Below, one piece after another: positions 1 to 8,622 of a DNA stretch of 20,000 nt. The notes below the pieces were generated by a model, which ran no database searches, was not told the origin of the DNA, and saw only the letters and a program-made list of their open reading frames with translations. The stretch is from an uncultured virus (IMG/VR IMGVR_UViG_2654588052_000002) (taxonomy: Duplodnaviria > Heunggongvirae > Uroviricota > Caudoviricetes). The position numbers and the translations under genes were made by a program. How positions within the stretch are numbered: position 1 is the stretch's first letter; each line of letters begins with the position of its first letter. The DNA lies in the IMG/VR virus record IMGVR_UViG_2654588052_000002, positions 51,772 through 71,771 of that record, one strand, 5' to 3'.

Positions 1-362
1 TCTGTGATAGGGGTTTGCCAAATTTCTGTTCCAGGAATAAATTCCGGTTCTATTGTTTGGAATCGTTCTAGGGTACCATTTGTGTGGATTTTAAAAATTT
101 TCATTTGCGCACCAAAATGTTCTCTACCAAAGTGCTGTGTTAAGTAAAATGTATCACCAGTTATTAAATTCTTAATCTTCCAATCTGGTTGATATGTACT
201 TTCCTCTGAATTTTGTAAATCCACAATGGTTTTAAATCCCCAATCATCATTAAGTGGATCTGAGTAAGCTGCAGCTGCTTGTGAGGTAGGCTTACTCATT
301 TCTATTGCAGTAAAACCGCTAAAAGTTAACGCACCAATTAATGCTAATTTTCCTAACTTCAT
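1..362 (-). CDS. Secreted protein, DUF5065-like (3' end outside window); paralog of 558..1028
   Basis: Manual translation MKLGKLALIGALTFSGFTAIEMSKPTSQAAAAYSDPLNDDWGF...AQMKIFK...; GGGGG RBS upstream; signal peptide nearly identical to the next gene. Confidence 0.8.
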   Translation of the reverse strand, partial: MKLGKLALIGALTFSGFTAIEMSKPTSQAAAAYSDPLNDDWGFKTIVDLQNSEESTYQPDWKIKNLITGDTFYLTQHFGREHFGAQMKIFKIHTNGTLERFQTIEPEFIPGTEIWQTPIT

Positions 363-473
363 TATTGTTTCCCCCTATTAATTTTTGTAAGTTTTAAAAC
401 CAGAAATCATACACACATAATAATATAATCCACTGTATTATATTTCAAATATTTTCTAAAAAAATCCATAAAT

Positions 474-518
474 AAAAAGGCACCTTTGGGGTGCCTTCCT
501 GTGACTTGAACCACTTTA
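474..518 (-). repeat. Cassette-junction repeat copy 1 (short: terminator + core)
   Basis: aaaaaggcacctttggggtgccttcctgtgacttgaaccacttta. Confidence 0.9.
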
Positions 519-557
519 TCATTACAATAAAGATGGCGTTTACAAGGATAATTGTTA

Positions 558-1028
558 TTATTTATTAATTGTAAACCAATCACTTACGCCGTAACCTATT
601 GAATCATTGACATGTTTTATAACAGCAATATAGCTACCAGGAGTATATACATCTGTAATTACAGTTGACCAAGTAGGGTTTTGGTAATTAGCATCAAATT
701 GAGGATAAATTGTTCTATAGCGTACAGGTTTTTTTCCAGCTTCAACTTTAAAAATCTTCATAACAGCTCCTGAGTCATCTTTTATTGAGCTAAGAGAGTA
801 ATTTAAGATATCTCCAGTTCTATATGATTTTTTAACCATGTGTGCATTTGGAAATTTGGATAGATATTCAAAATTATTTGGTGATGAAAATCCCCAACTA
901 TCATTATATGGATCAGAATATGGTTCTTCATAAGCTGCTGCAGCTTGTGAAGTAGGTTTAATCATTTCTACTGCAGTAAATCCCCCAAATGTTAATACTC
1001 CAACTAATGCTAATTTTCCTAATTTCAT
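558..1028 (-). CDS. Secreted protein, DUF5065-like
   Basis: 156-aa ORF, signal peptide with AAAA cleavage region, GGGGG RBS; paralog of 1..362; family name from recall. Confidence 0.8.
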   Translation of the reverse strand: MKLGKLALVGVLTFGGFTAVEMIKPTSQAAAAYEEPYSDPYNDSWGFSSPNNFEYLSKFPNAHMVKKSYRTGDILNYSLSSIKDDSGAVMKIFKVEAGKKPVRYRTIYPQFDANYQNPTWSTVITDVYTPGSYIAVIKHVNDSIGYGVSDWFTINK

Positions 1029-1127
1029 TAAAAATCCCCCTAAATATTTTAATTTAAATAATTACAATATAATGATATACTATTATGTATATTTTTTCAA
1101 ATAATTTCTAAAAAAAGTTATAAATTC

Positions 1128-1217
1128 AAAAAAAATACACCTTAAGGTGCCTTCCTCCGACTTGAATCACTTTAATTCTAAGAATATGTATTGGACTCCC
1201 ATTCAAGTATTATTTTT
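1128..1217 (-). repeat. Cassette-junction repeat copy 2 (long)
   Basis: aaaatacaccttaaggtgccttcctccgacttgaatcactttaattctaagaatatgtattggactcccattcaagtattattttt. Confidence 0.9.
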
Positions 1218-1304
1218 CTCAATGAATAATTGGTATATTTTAGGGTGTTTTTTACTATTTTTATGTTAAGATATTTTGGTTGATATTCATCTTATTTTAG
1301 GAGG

Positions 1305-1610
1305 TTGGAAGATCTGTTACATGCTTTTCATATGGATTTTAGTTTCTATACCGAAAGTATAAAAGTTTTAGGGTTATTAGGGAATTCTACTCGCTTATCA
1401 ATTGTTTGTAAATTGATTACATATGGATCGTTGTCAGTTTCTGATTTAAGTAAGCAAACAAGAATTACAGAGGATTTGATTGTACAACATTTGCGTAAAT
1501 TAGCCTCTGGAAATATTGTAATTAGTGAACGTATAGGGAAAAGGCTTTATTTCAAAATAAAAGATAATAAAACAATTGAGATTATTAAGGTATTAGGATT
1601 AATAAGTTAA
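1305..1610 (+). CDS. ArsR/SmtB-family winged-HTH transcriptional regulator (start codon uncertain)
   Basis: LGNSTRLSIV...LSVSDLSKQ...QHLRKL...SERIGKRLYF matches the ArsR pattern. AGGAGG at 1299-1304 is too close to the TTG at 1305, so the true start may be 1314 (CTG) or 1332 (ATG). Confidence 0.8.
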   Translation: MEDLLHAFHMDFSFYTESIKVLGLLGNSTRLSIVCKLITYGSLSVSDLSKQTRITEDLIVQHLRKLASGNIVISERIGKRLYFKIKDNKTIEIIKVLGLIS

Positions 1611-1705
1611 TTTTAATTACTTTCAATATAAATGATTTTGCTATAACTCAATTGTGCAAAATTATATTTAGCCCGCCTATGGAAATAGGTAGGTTTTTAA
1701 TATAC

Positions 1706-1734
1706 AAAAAGGCGCCCATATAAGGGTGCCTTTT
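1706..1734. terminator. Hairpin related to the junction-repeat terminator, between convergent ArsR and YjcZ-like genes
   Basis: aaaaaggcgccc-atataa-gggtgcctttt, A and T runs on both sides. Confidence 0.7.
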
Positions 1735-1744
1735 CCAATAGTTT

Positions 1745-1855
1745 TTAGCAGAAACAACTGCATCCGATAATGATTAATAAAATAAACAATACAACTAATA
1801 AAGCGAAACCTCCAGCGAAACCGCAGCCTTCGCCACAACTACCACCATATCCCAT
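1745..1855 (-). CDS. YjcZ/SscA-family tiny sporulation membrane peptide (36 aa), missed by the ORF track
   Basis: GGAGG RBS then MGYGGSCGEGCGFAGGFALLVVLFILLIIIGCSCFC*; GFALLVVLFILLIIIG is the family signature. Confidence 0.9.
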   Translation of the reverse strand: MGYGGSCGEGCGFAGGFALLVVLFILLIIIGCSCFC

Positions 1856-1974
1856 AACAATAGTGCCTCCTTTAGATTAGAGGGTAAAACTAGGGTTCAT
1901 TCCATGGATTTTAATGGGTTCACTTTACCTTATGTTTTCAAGAATGAATTGAGAAGGTCCTTTTGAAAATAGAG

Positions 1975-1999
1975 AAAAGACGCCATAAGGCGCCTTCCT
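1975..1999 (-). repeat. Hairpin-only remnant of the junction repeat
   Basis: aaaagacgccataaggcgccttcct; stem change is compensatory relative to consensus. Confidence 0.7.
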
Positions 2000-2055
2000 T
2001 TTAGGTAGATAAGACTTTAGTTTTCCAATAAAAAAGCCGTTAATTTGAGAATTAT

Positions 2056-2616
2056 TTATTTTTGGATTATAAGAGTGCTCTCACATTTACGACAAGTAAT
2101 CTTCTCTTCCTCAAAAATGAATAGATTTTCAGCATCACATTCTGGGCATACAACTGCAAATGGTGTTTTTATATTTTTATAGCATAGGAAAGAAAAGAAT
2201 GCCATGATTAGAGCAGGTATAATAAGCATCATAATTAAGAATAGGCCCGCAAAAACGCCTGTAATTATGGAAAGTGGTTTCATTAGTTTTCTACCTACGG
2301 AGTTTACTTGATTATCCTTTTTACGAAAAGCAGTAACAAGGTAAGTTTGGGTTTCTTTTACTGGCCTAAATGCATTTACCGTATTGCCATCTTGTTCATC
2401 CATAGTGGGATAGGAAGTGTTTGGTCCTTGATATCCTCGTTGTATATAATAATTGTTTGACTCAGCTATTCGTGGTGTATACGAGATTCCAGTTCCAGGT
2501 ACATAAGTTGTTGTTCTTGATTCAGGTGAAATAGAGTTCCCTCCCATACCTGTGTATGTAAAGTTAATTTTCACACCCGGAGAAAACTGGATAATTCTAC
2601 GAAATTTATAACCCAT
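2056..2616 (-). CDS. DUF4236-like N-terminal domain + transmembrane hairpin + C-terminal zinc ribbon
   Basis: MGYKFRRIIQFSPGVKINF...PGTGISY; hydrophobic segment; CPEC...CRKC; GAGG RBS. Confidence 0.75.
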   Translation of the reverse strand: MGYKFRRIIQFSPGVKINFTYTGMGGNSISPESRTTTYVPGTGISYTPRIAESNNYYIQRGYQGPNTSYPTMDEQDGNTVNAFRPVKETQTYLVTAFRKKDNQVNSVGRKLMKPLSIITGVFAGLFLIMMLIIPALIMAFFSFLCYKNIKTPFAVVCPECDAENLFIFEEEKITCRKCESTLIIQK

Positions 2617-2766
2617 AATATTGTATCCTCTCCATCTAATTAATATAATTATTTACTAATTATAACATTTTTTAACTTAATATTAATATATTAAGTTAAA
2701 ACAGAATAATAAAAAAGAGTAATATTGAAGTTTACTAATTTAAGGCGTTTTAGAGTCCTTTTTTAT

Positions 2767-2868
2767 AAAAAAAAAGACACCCAAAGGTGCCTTCCGACTT
2801 GAACCACTTTAATTTTAATAATATGTATTGGACTCCCGTCCAAATATTATTTTACTACCTTAAGTAAT
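2767..2868 (-). repeat. Cassette-junction repeat copy 3 (long, 3-bp deletion in core)
   Basis: aaaaagacacccaaaggtgccttccgacttgaaccactttaattttaataatatgtattggactcccgtccaaatattattttactaccttaagtaat. Confidence 0.9.
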
Positions 2869-2881
2869 GTCAGTTGTTAAG

Positions 2882-2911
2882 AAAAAAAGGCACTCTTTCG
2901 AGTACCTTTTT
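2882..2911 (-). terminator. Intrinsic terminator of the DUF4352-like gene (GCACTC/GAGTGC family)
   Basis: aaaaaaaggcactc-tttc-gagtaccttttt directly after the stop; related hairpins at 9428-9449 and 9678-9701. Confidence 0.7.
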
Positions 2912-2912
2912 C

Positions 2913-3431
2913 CTATTCTACTTTTAAATTAATTTCTTTACCTGTCATACCGCCACTAGCTTTTAAGAAAAGTCCTTCAGCATCTTTTGGTATATCAAAT
3001 ACAATTTTCCCTGTCTGTGTTAGACCAGGATTTAATTGTTTTAAGAAGAAGTCAGTTTTTCCACCGTTAGCTAAGTCAAAAGATGATTGACCTTGTACAG
3101 AAGATGTGAATTCACGACCTTTGTTATCTACCAATTTAAAGCTGTTAGTATCAACAGTGATAGCGTCTTTTTGATTATTAGTAAGTGTAACTTCTAAAAT
3201 CTTAAAGACACCTTGTGCTTGTTCTTTTGAGTATTCATTACCCACAGAATCTACTGTTTCCATAGATCCTACAGAGATTTTCACATCAGAAGATACACCT
3301 TCTTTTGATACCGCTTTAGTGTCTGTTGAAGTTTGTTCTGTTGAATCTCCACCACCAGCAACCATAGCAATTATTCCGATTACAAATAAAGCTATAATGC
3401 CTAGGCATCCAAACTTAAATATTTTTCCCAC
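2913..3431 (-). CDS. Membrane-anchored DUF4352-like (Ig-fold) surface protein
   Basis: GTG start with GGAGG RBS; N-terminal TM; VTLTNNQKDAITVDTNSFKLVDNKGREF...LNPGLTQTGKIVFDIP pattern. Confidence 0.85.
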   Translation of the reverse strand: MGKIFKFGCLGIIALFVIGIIAMVAGGGDSTEQTSTDTKAVSKEGVSSDVKISVGSMETVDSVGNEYSKEQAQGVFKILEVTLTNNQKDAITVDTNSFKLVDNKGREFTSSVQGQSSFDLANGGKTDFFLKQLNPGLTQTGKIVFDIPKDAEGLFLKASGGMTGKEINLKVE

Positions 3432-3473
3432 GTTTGTTCCTCCAATTATGTAAAATGTAAGATTGCCACGTTA

Positions 3474-3517
3474 ATAATAACAAATTAAATATCTTTATAT
3501 TGTCATATTATGTCGAA
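3474..3517 (-). promoter_or_regulatory. Putative Spo0A-activated sigmaA promoter (unit A)
   Basis: + strand TGTCATA(3501-3507)-tta-TGTCGAA(3511-3517); on - strand ATGACA-21 bp-TATTAT with TG extension. Confidence 0.7.
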
Positions 3518-3594
3518 AGGAAATAAAAAGATAGTTTAGAAGTTTTAGACTATATTTCTGTCCTATAATTTATTTTTCCCATCTATCTCTTATT

Positions 3595-3694
3595 CATAAA
3601 GAAAAGACACCCTAAGGTGCCTTCCTCTGACTTGAACCATCTTAATTAAAATAATATGTATTGGACTCCCATCCAATTATTATTTTACCATGTT
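3595..3694 (-). repeat. Cassette-junction repeat copy 4 (long)
   Basis: cataaagaaaagacaccctaaggtgccttcctctgacttgaaccatcttaattaaaataatatgtattggactcccatccaattattattttaccatgtt. Confidence 0.9.
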
Positions 3695-3716
3695 TATTAT
3701 CTGTTTTATTAAATTA

Positions 3717-4352
3717 TTACTGGGCCTCTTGCTCACCTTTAGCTTTCATTTGTTTTTCATATACATATTTTGCTGTTGAAAAATCAGTAGGAAAATCACG
3801 TAGTGCCTTATTTATAATATTTAATTCTTCTTGCGACTTAATTTCAATGTTATTTAAATAGTCAAATGCTTTGGATTGTTTATTTGCAACATAATTTTGA
3901 GTAGAATAATCATCTGGGAAGTCTTTCTTAGCTTTTTCTTTAACCTTATTCATAGCTTCTGTTTTGTCGATGTTCTTTACTGGGTTCGCTAATGTTCCAG
4001 TAGTTTGTTCCGGTTTAGGTACTTCTTTCTTTTCCGGTTGAGACTCCGGCTTTACGTCTTCTTTTTTAGGCTGTTCTTGTTCTTGCGGTTTAGGTGTTTC
4101 TTGACTCGGCTGTGTAGTTTGTTGAAGTGACCTAGTTTGCTCTTTTTCATAGGAGTCTACTTTAGATTTCAACTCTTTGATTTGTGTTTTTAATTCTTGC
4201 TGTTCATTAAAGTGTTGATCGATAAGTTTATCCATATCTTTTTGTGAATACTTAGGTTTCATATCTTCTGATTTGGAATCTTTAAAAATAGCTACGGAAG
4301 CAATGATAGCTACTAGTACAGCGATAATTCCAATGATTAGTTTTTTGTTCAT
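3717..4352 (-). CDS. Membrane-anchored/secreted protein: coiled coil, Q/P/E linker and a duplicated C-terminal motif
   Basis: N-terminal TM, AGGAGG RBS; internal repeat DFPDDYSTQNYVANKQ / DFPTDFSTAKYVYEKQ. Confidence 0.8.
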   Translation of the reverse strand: MNKKLIIGIIAVLVAIIASVAIFKDSKSEDMKPKYSQKDMDKLIDQHFNEQQELKTQIKELKSKVDSYEKEQTRSLQQTTQPSQETPKPQEQEQPKKEDVKPESQPEKKEVPKPEQTTGTLANPVKNIDKTEAMNKVKEKAKKDFPDDYSTQNYVANKQSKAFDYLNNIEIKSQEELNIINKALRDFPTDFSTAKYVYEKQMKAKGEQEAQ

Positions 4353-4411
4353 TTATGTTCCTCCTAGAATACAATAATATTATTATATAACAATTAAATG
4401 ATTGTAGGTAG

Positions 4412-4462
4412 AAAAAAAGACACCCAAAGGTGCCTTCCTCCGACTTGAACCATCTTAATTTT
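4412..4462 (-). repeat. Cassette-junction repeat copy 5 (short)
   Basis: aaaaaaagacacccaaaggtgccttcctccgacttgaaccatcttaatttt. Confidence 0.9.
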
Positions 4463-4563
4463 GAAAAATGGCATTGAAGGAATTTCTTTATTTATAACTA
4501 TATTAGGGATGTTAATAATGGTATTTTATAGTGATATGAAAAAATTAATTATTAATGAATTTA

Positions 4564-4618
4564 AAATAAAAAGAAGACCGAACTAGAATAACAATCTAGT
4601 TCGGTCTTCTTTTTATTT
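4564..4618. terminator. Perfect 24-bp inverted repeat downstream of the LCI-like gene
   Basis: aaataaaaagaagaccgaactaga-N7-tctagttcggtcttctttttattt. Confidence 0.8.
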
Positions 4619-4647
4619 GTTTACTTGGAAAACTTAATTAAAGTTTC

Positions 4648-4941
4648 TTAATTATTACTTGTTCGCCATCCTTCATAATGGCCTGTCCATGAATTTTTAC
4701 TTACTTCAGTTGCTCCTTTTAAATACCAAGTCACTCCATCCCACTCTTTTACAGTAGGTATTTCCCCTTTTGATTTGTAACCAGGAAAGTCTTGTTTTTC
4801 TTTTTTCTTAACAAAACTTTTTTTATTATCAATCGTTTTTAATTTTACACCTGTATCAGTAGGTGTTTCCGCAAGTACTCCTCCAGCACCAGATAACATA
4901 ATTCCAGTTGCTAATGTTCCAATTATTACTTTCTTGAACAT
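4648..4941 (-). CDS. Secreted LCI-fold protein (putative antimicrobial peptide precursor)
   Basis: Sec signal peptide ending VLA; C-terminus DGVTWYLKG...WTGHYEGW resembles B. subtilis LCI (DGTKWIFKS...WVGIYEVW). Confidence 0.7.
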   Translation of the reverse strand: MFKKVIIGTLATGIMLSGAGGVLAETPTDTGVKLKTIDNKKSFVKKKEKQDFPGYKSKGEIPTVKEWDGVTWYLKGATEVSKNSWTGHYEGWRTSNN

Positions 4942-5237
4942 GAAAAATCCCCCTTTTTTGGAATGAATATTACATAAATAACAATACCATATTATTTGTA
5001 TTTTCTAACATTTGAATTTATTTATAAATATTTAATTGAATATTCAAACTATACAATTAAAATGAAAAGATTTAAAAATAATTAGTTCTATTAGTAGTGA
5101 ATCTCAAGTCAATGATTGGAAGAAAACTAAATTATTTATGGGGTAAGAAGTATAGAACTCAAACTTTTTTTTGAATTTATATTCAAAAGTTTACTTTCAA
5201 ATTAGAAAAGGCTAGTCCCTCGATACCCTTTTTGGAA

Positions 5238-5282
5238 ATAAAGAAAAGACACCCTAAGGCGCCTTCCTTCGACTTGAACCAC
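5238..5282 (-). repeat. Cassette-junction repeat copy 6 (short)
   Basis: ataaagaaaagacaccctaaggcgccttccttcgacttgaaccac. Confidence 0.9.
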
Positions 5283-5748
5283 CTCATATTAATGCAGTAT
5301 AAATTAATAAAATAATTTATATAAATATTTTGTTATACTTCCATGTCCCCTAGCTGATATAATGTATAAGGAAATTATTGGCTAATTAATAGTACATATA
5401 TATTTGGTGTACTGCCAATATCTTAACGAAAATACATACTAAGCAAGATTTGACATGAAAAAGCGTTGATTTTACTACTCTTAGCGATATCTCCAACAAA
5501 TGCACTTTAATGTAAAAGATGCGCCTTCTCCAGTAATTATGGATGATATTTTACTGATTTTTATAAAGATGAATTATAAGAGGTTTACACTCTTATTTAT
5601 AAGCATCTAATATTTTTGGATACACACACATTAGATAGATCTAAAAGGGCTGTTATAAACGAATATGAGAAGCCTTTTTAAAAGATATTTTCTGGTTTAA
5701 TATTTTTATTAGAAATGAAATGTTTGTTTTTTAAAGGGGGTAGCGATA

Positions 5749-7326
5749 TTGATAAGATTTATAATGCTTGATAATAAACAAAATGAATTTAATTTCAAAA
5801 ATTATACAGATGAATTAATGCGTAAAGTTGAACAAACTTTAAATTTAACACACTTATCATTTAATCATACTGAGGAATCTAAACGTAGTTGTTCTCTAAT
5901 CTTAGCTGAAAAAGAATATTTTGTTGACTTTAGCATTATGTTTAATCTGCTTGGGGCTGATCAACTAAGAGTAGATATTTCAACAAAAGAAAATACTGCT
6001 GTTGATAAGGATTTACATAATTTGAAAATAATGTTGAAAGACCTAATGGTAGAAGAATGGATGCAATGTGTTTGGCTTGTAGATTATCAATCAGAAGAAT
6101 TTGCTGAAGATCTATATAAAAATATTCACTCTGTTGAAAATAGTTTACGACGTCTAATTAATGCTGTTTTATCTCATCATTTAGGAATTGAATGGTGGAG
6201 TTTCATGCCCACTCACTTAACAAAAAAATATTCCCAAAGAATCAATGGTTATCGAGAGAAAGCACCAGGATTTAAAGATGTCTATGCAAATTTGTTATCC
6301 ATTGATACTAGCGATTTGATTAGCATTCTAAAATTCAAGACATATAAGATAAAAAGTCAATCAATTTTTAACACACCTGACCCTTTTTCACCTGATTCAT
6401 TGGTTCATAATCCAGCTCTTGTTCAATTTCAATATATTATGAGTGATATTATAAATAATGATAAATCAATAGAAGATCATAGAGCTGATTTGACTAAATT
6501 ATTAGAGGAACAAATGGAAGTAGATATAGATTTTTGGGAAAGTTTTTTTTCTCCATTATTTTCTTGTACACTAAGGGAGTTTAGTGGGAAATGGGAGAAT
6601 TTTAGTAAGGATAGGAATCACGTAGCTCATAATAAGTTAATTGATGATAAGCTCTATCGAAAATTTAAGAGGGTTATGGATGATTTATTTGGGAAAATAA
6701 CCGAAGCAGAGGAAAAGTTTGAGGAGGTTCTAAAAATAAAATCTGATGACTTCCTAGAATATATGAAGATGTACGAAGCTGAAAATCTTCATAGAGTCCA
6801 AATCGAATCTAGACAGGCCATTGCAGAACAGGCAGGAATAGAGATTCTGAGTCAAGATCAAATCTTTTTCTTATTTCTAGAGCATGTTCATGAAACTTTT
6901 GGAAATATTAGCGATACAATTTACTATAGAACTGATATTGATGTGACTTATGATGAACCTGAAACATTAGAATCAGAAAAGATATTCGAGGTTAAAAATA
7001 ATATTCTTGGAACAAGTATACATGTAGATGCGGATACACTAATAGACGAAGAAGTTGGATGCACTAGTACATTGAAACTATCAGTTTATTATAATGCTAA
7101 TCTCAAGGAAAACTTTGAAATTAGTTTTTTAAATGGTGAGGCAGAATATAATGATGATCAAGGTACTTATATGCCTAAAATAGCAGATGAGCTTGACGTT
7201 TCAGATTTAGAAAAAATAGAGAATTATATCTTTGGATTATTAGAAAAAGAGATGCCAGAGATTTCTGAGGATGATCTTGCTTCCTTTATTCGTGAAACTA
7301 TAAAAAGAAATTCTGGAGATTTTTGA
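5749..7326 (+). CDS. HEPN-domain protein (Swt1-like), predicted RNase / anti-phage effector
   Basis: IHSVENSLRRLI...WW N-terminal HEPN helix and RNHVAH (Rx4H) catalytic motif; acidic C-terminal domain; TTG start with AGGGGG RBS. Confidence 0.7.
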   Translation: MIRFIMLDNKQNEFNFKNYTDELMRKVEQTLNLTHLSFNHTEESKRSCSLILAEKEYFVDFSIMFNLLGADQLRVDISTKENTAVDKDLHNLKIMLKDLMVEEWMQCVWLVDYQSEEFAEDLYKNIHSVENSLRRLINAVLSHHLGIEWWSFMPTHLTKKYSQRINGYREKAPGFKDVYANLLSIDTSDLISILKFKTYKIKSQSIFNTPDPFSPDSLVHNPALVQFQYIMSDIINNDKSIEDHRADLTKLLEEQMEVDIDFWESFFSPLFSCTLREFSGKWENFSKDRNHVAHNKLIDDKLYRKFKRVMDDLFGKITEAEEKFEEVLKIKSDDFLEYMKMYEAENLHRVQIESRQAIAEQAGIEILSQDQIFFLFLEHVHETFGNISDTIYYRTDIDVTYDEPETLESEKIFEVKNNILGTSIHVDADTLIDEEVGCTSTLKLSVYYNANLKENFEISFLNGEAEYNDDQGTYMPKIADELDVSDLEKIENYIFGLLEKEMPEISEDDLASFIRETIKRNSGDF

Positions 7327-7364
7327 GAATAATCTTGCTTTGTTTGTGTGTGAAAGGTAGGGGG

Positions 7365-7405
7365 AATTAACTACTTTAAAATAACAGTTTTTAAAGTAGT
7401 TAATT
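7365..7405. terminator. 17-bp perfect inverted repeat between HEPN gene and downstream membrane gene
   Basis: aattaactactttaaaa-N7-ttttaaagtagttaatt; AT-rich, so it could be an operator or mRNA-processing stem rather than a terminator. Confidence 0.5.
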
Positions 7406-7438
7406 TATGTTTAATAATATATAGAAGGTGAGAACATA

Positions 7439-8269
7439 ATGAATTGCAACAATGGTAGTTTTACTAACTATGCCAAACAAGATAAAAGTGGGTGGTACTT
7501 GCTTGTATGGAATAAAGAAACTAATAAAATCGAGAAAAATTTCGATTATAAAAATATACAGAAAATAAAAGGTGAGAATATCACTACAACAGCCTTAAAT
7601 TATTTGAAAAAGGATGGGTTGTTTCATACTGTTGATACGAAAAATGTATTGAAATATGAGATAACTCTTCTTTTTTATCAAAAAAAGAAAGTCACAAGTC
7701 GCTATATCATGAAATATAAGGAAAAAATAAACGCTATAGATGGTTATTATGATGGATGGGAATATACAGTGAAAAATGAGAATGGAGTGTTTGGAACTTA
7801 TGATAAAGATTATACTTTCTGGAAAGCACATAAAGTTCCAATATCACTAACCATCTTTCAGATACTTTGCATATTATGTTTATATATATACTCAGAGCAA
7901 ATAACTATTTTTATTAAAGAAATAATGTATAAGGACCACAATGTGGGAACTTATGATAGATATTATAGGTTGTTGAGTGGAATAGTTGCGTTTGTACTGT
8001 TTGTTGTAGCAATAATCAATTCTACTTTTACTATAATATTAAAAGATTCGATTAAGCAGCATTATTTAAAAGATAGTCAAATAAGACTTATTTGCTCAAT
8101 TGTTATTTTCGAAATTCCTGTCCTCTTAGCTACACTCATAACAGCATGGAATATAAGTCAGGTTGTAGGGGGAGCAACTTTTAACTCACTTTTAATCTTT
8201 AGTTGCATATTTATGGGTATAAAAATTGCATTTACATACTTTTTAGAAATAGAAAAAAGACAGAAATAA
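7439..8269 (+). CDS. Hypothetical protein with soluble N-terminal domain and about 4 C-terminal TM helices
   Basis: 276-aa ORF, AAGGTGA RBS, four hydrophobic segments in the C-terminal half. Confidence 0.7.
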   Translation: MNCNNGSFTNYAKQDKSGWYLLVWNKETNKIEKNFDYKNIQKIKGENITTTALNYLKKDGLFHTVDTKNVLKYEITLLFYQKKKVTSRYIMKYKEKINAIDGYYDGWEYTVKNENGVFGTYDKDYTFWKAHKVPISLTIFQILCILCLYIYSEQITIFIKEIMYKDHNVGTYDRYYRLLSGIVAFVLFVVAIINSTFTIILKDSIKQHYLKDSQIRLICSIVIFEIPVLLATLITAWNISQVVGGATFNSLLIFSCIFMGIKIAFTYFLEIEKRQK

Positions 8270-8444
8270 TTAAAGGTAGTGTTCAGTGACAATAAAATTT
8301 TTTAAAAAGATGGTATGGAATTTAGATTCTCATACCAACTTTTGTTACTTCTCTGTATAATAAAAAATGAATATTTCAAGTTAACGAATTAGCAGTATGC
8401 TATTTAATTTATATGAGTCGTGCATATTCTGCGGGGCTTTTTTT

Positions 8445-8566
8445 CATAAAGAAAAGACACCCAAAGGTGCCTTTCTCCGACTTGAACCATCTTAATTTTA
8501 ATAATATGTATTGGACGCCAATCCAATTATTATTTTATCACGTTAAGTAATATTGTACATTGAGAA
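8445..8566 (-). repeat. Cassette-junction repeat copy 7 (long)
   Basis: cataaagaaaagacacccaaaggtgcctttctccgacttgaaccatcttaattttaataatatgtattggacgccaatccaattattattttatcacgttaagtaat...cattgagaa. Confidence 0.9.
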
Positions 8567-8593
8567 ATTTGGCATACCTCTTTATTTAAACGT

Positions 8594-8622
8594 AAAAAGT
8601 CCTAGAGGGGCTAGGACTTTTT
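8594..8622. terminator. Bidirectional intrinsic terminator
   Basis: aaaaagtcctag-agggg-ctaggacttttt. Confidence 0.75.

Noticed and set aside
5513..5531. aaagatgcgccttctcc as another repeat copy
   Set aside because: Too short and degenerate; no hairpin or GACTTGAAC core.
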